DNA from: a virus
Taxonomy: Duplodnaviria > Caudoviricetes
Reading direction: 5' to 3' (one strand)
Virus record (IMG/VR): IMGVR_UViG_3300012200_000012
Coordinates: 1-32,809 of that record
DNA length: 32,809 nt
Of the stretch, positions 32,323-32,809 are shown one piece after another. Both the position numbers and the translations under genes were made by a program. Below the pieces are notes generated by a model. That model ran no database searches. It was not told where the DNA came from and saw only the letters and a list, made by a program, of their open reading frames with translations. Within the stretch, counting starts at the first letter, position 1. Each line of letters begins with the position of its first letter.

Positions 32323-32809
32323 TGCCTATTGGCTCTAGCGCAGGAGAATACTTCCCCGATGAGTCTGCTCTCTTAGTCGATCAGGCTAAGAAACAGCAGG
32401 CTATCTCCATTAGGCCTGTACAAGAACCGTCCTCCACCACTTCTACAATGCCTCTAGGAAGCCCTACGGAGCCCGCTGGTGCGTTAAAACCAGAGGGAGG
32501 TACCAATGTACCGGAGAAACCCCCCGAGACTAACTTAACCCCCGAAGGCGAGCATATTAAGTTTCGTACTGCCAGTCCTTTAGTTAATATTACTGATGAA
32601 GATATCGAAAGAGGGATCAACATCGGTATGTCTGCTGGTCCGGGCACCATGGCTGGGGTAAAGTCTGCGGCTATAAAAGGTAAGCTAGCTGATCTTGGAC
32701 ATGCTCAAGTCTTAGAAGCTCAGGGAACTCATCCAGATGAAATATGGAGTCAGACTGGATTTACCCGAGGTGCTGAAGGTAAATGGCGTTATGAGATAGA
32801 CGATAGTAA
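32322..32809 (+). CDS. LPD23 (large polyvalent protein-associated domain 23)-containing protein, truncated at the right edge
   Basis: Translated by hand from ATG 32322 (TAATG): MPIGSSAGEYFPDES...MAGVKSAAIKGKLADLGHAQVLEAQGTHPDEIWSQTGFTRGAEGKWRYEIDDS, matching the LPD23 signature TGWxRGxDGKWRxEIDDS. Confidence 0.8.
   Translation, partial: MPIGSSAGEYFPDESALLVDQAKKQQAISIRPVQEPSSTTSTMPLGSPTEPAGALKPEGGTNVPEKPPETNLTPEGEHIKFRTASPLVNITDEDIERGINIGMSAGPGTMAGVKSAAIKGKLADLGHAQVLEAQGTHPDEIWSQTGFTRGAEGKWRYEIDDS

Overview
This window is part of a lytic podovirus (tailed dsDNA phage) genome. Its terminase, portal, capsid and tail-adaptor sequences resemble the SIO1/VpV262/ICP2-like (Zobellviridae-like) lineage, and the host is probably an alphaproteobacterium (inference). 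The left ~1.4 kb holds the start of a leftward, probably early, gene, a ~600-bp structured non-coding region that may contain the genome end, and an overlapping bidirectional sigma70 promoter. A rightward late operon follows. It opens with six tightly packed 35-54 aa microproteins missed by the ORF track. Next is an accessory module (2559-8940) with small beta-rich proteins, an 8-Cys zinc-finger protein, a GH74 xyloglucanase-like double beta-propeller whose catalytic-base Asp appears replaced by Asn, and a nearly charge-free protein of ~12 W/P/Q-rich repeats. Then come TerL, portal, scaffold, major capsid, decoration proteins, two paralogous tail fibres, a beta-helix tailspike, a GH108 endolysin with membrane proteins, tail tubular proteins A and B, three internal virion proteins and a truncated LPD23-domain protein. 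The most notable observations are the accessory module and one ~70-80 aa beta-domain inserted four times into three unrelated proteins (twice in the GH74-like protein, once each in tail tubular A and B). I saw no tRNA, CRISPR array, integrase or DGR. All family assignments come from motif recognition, not database searches.
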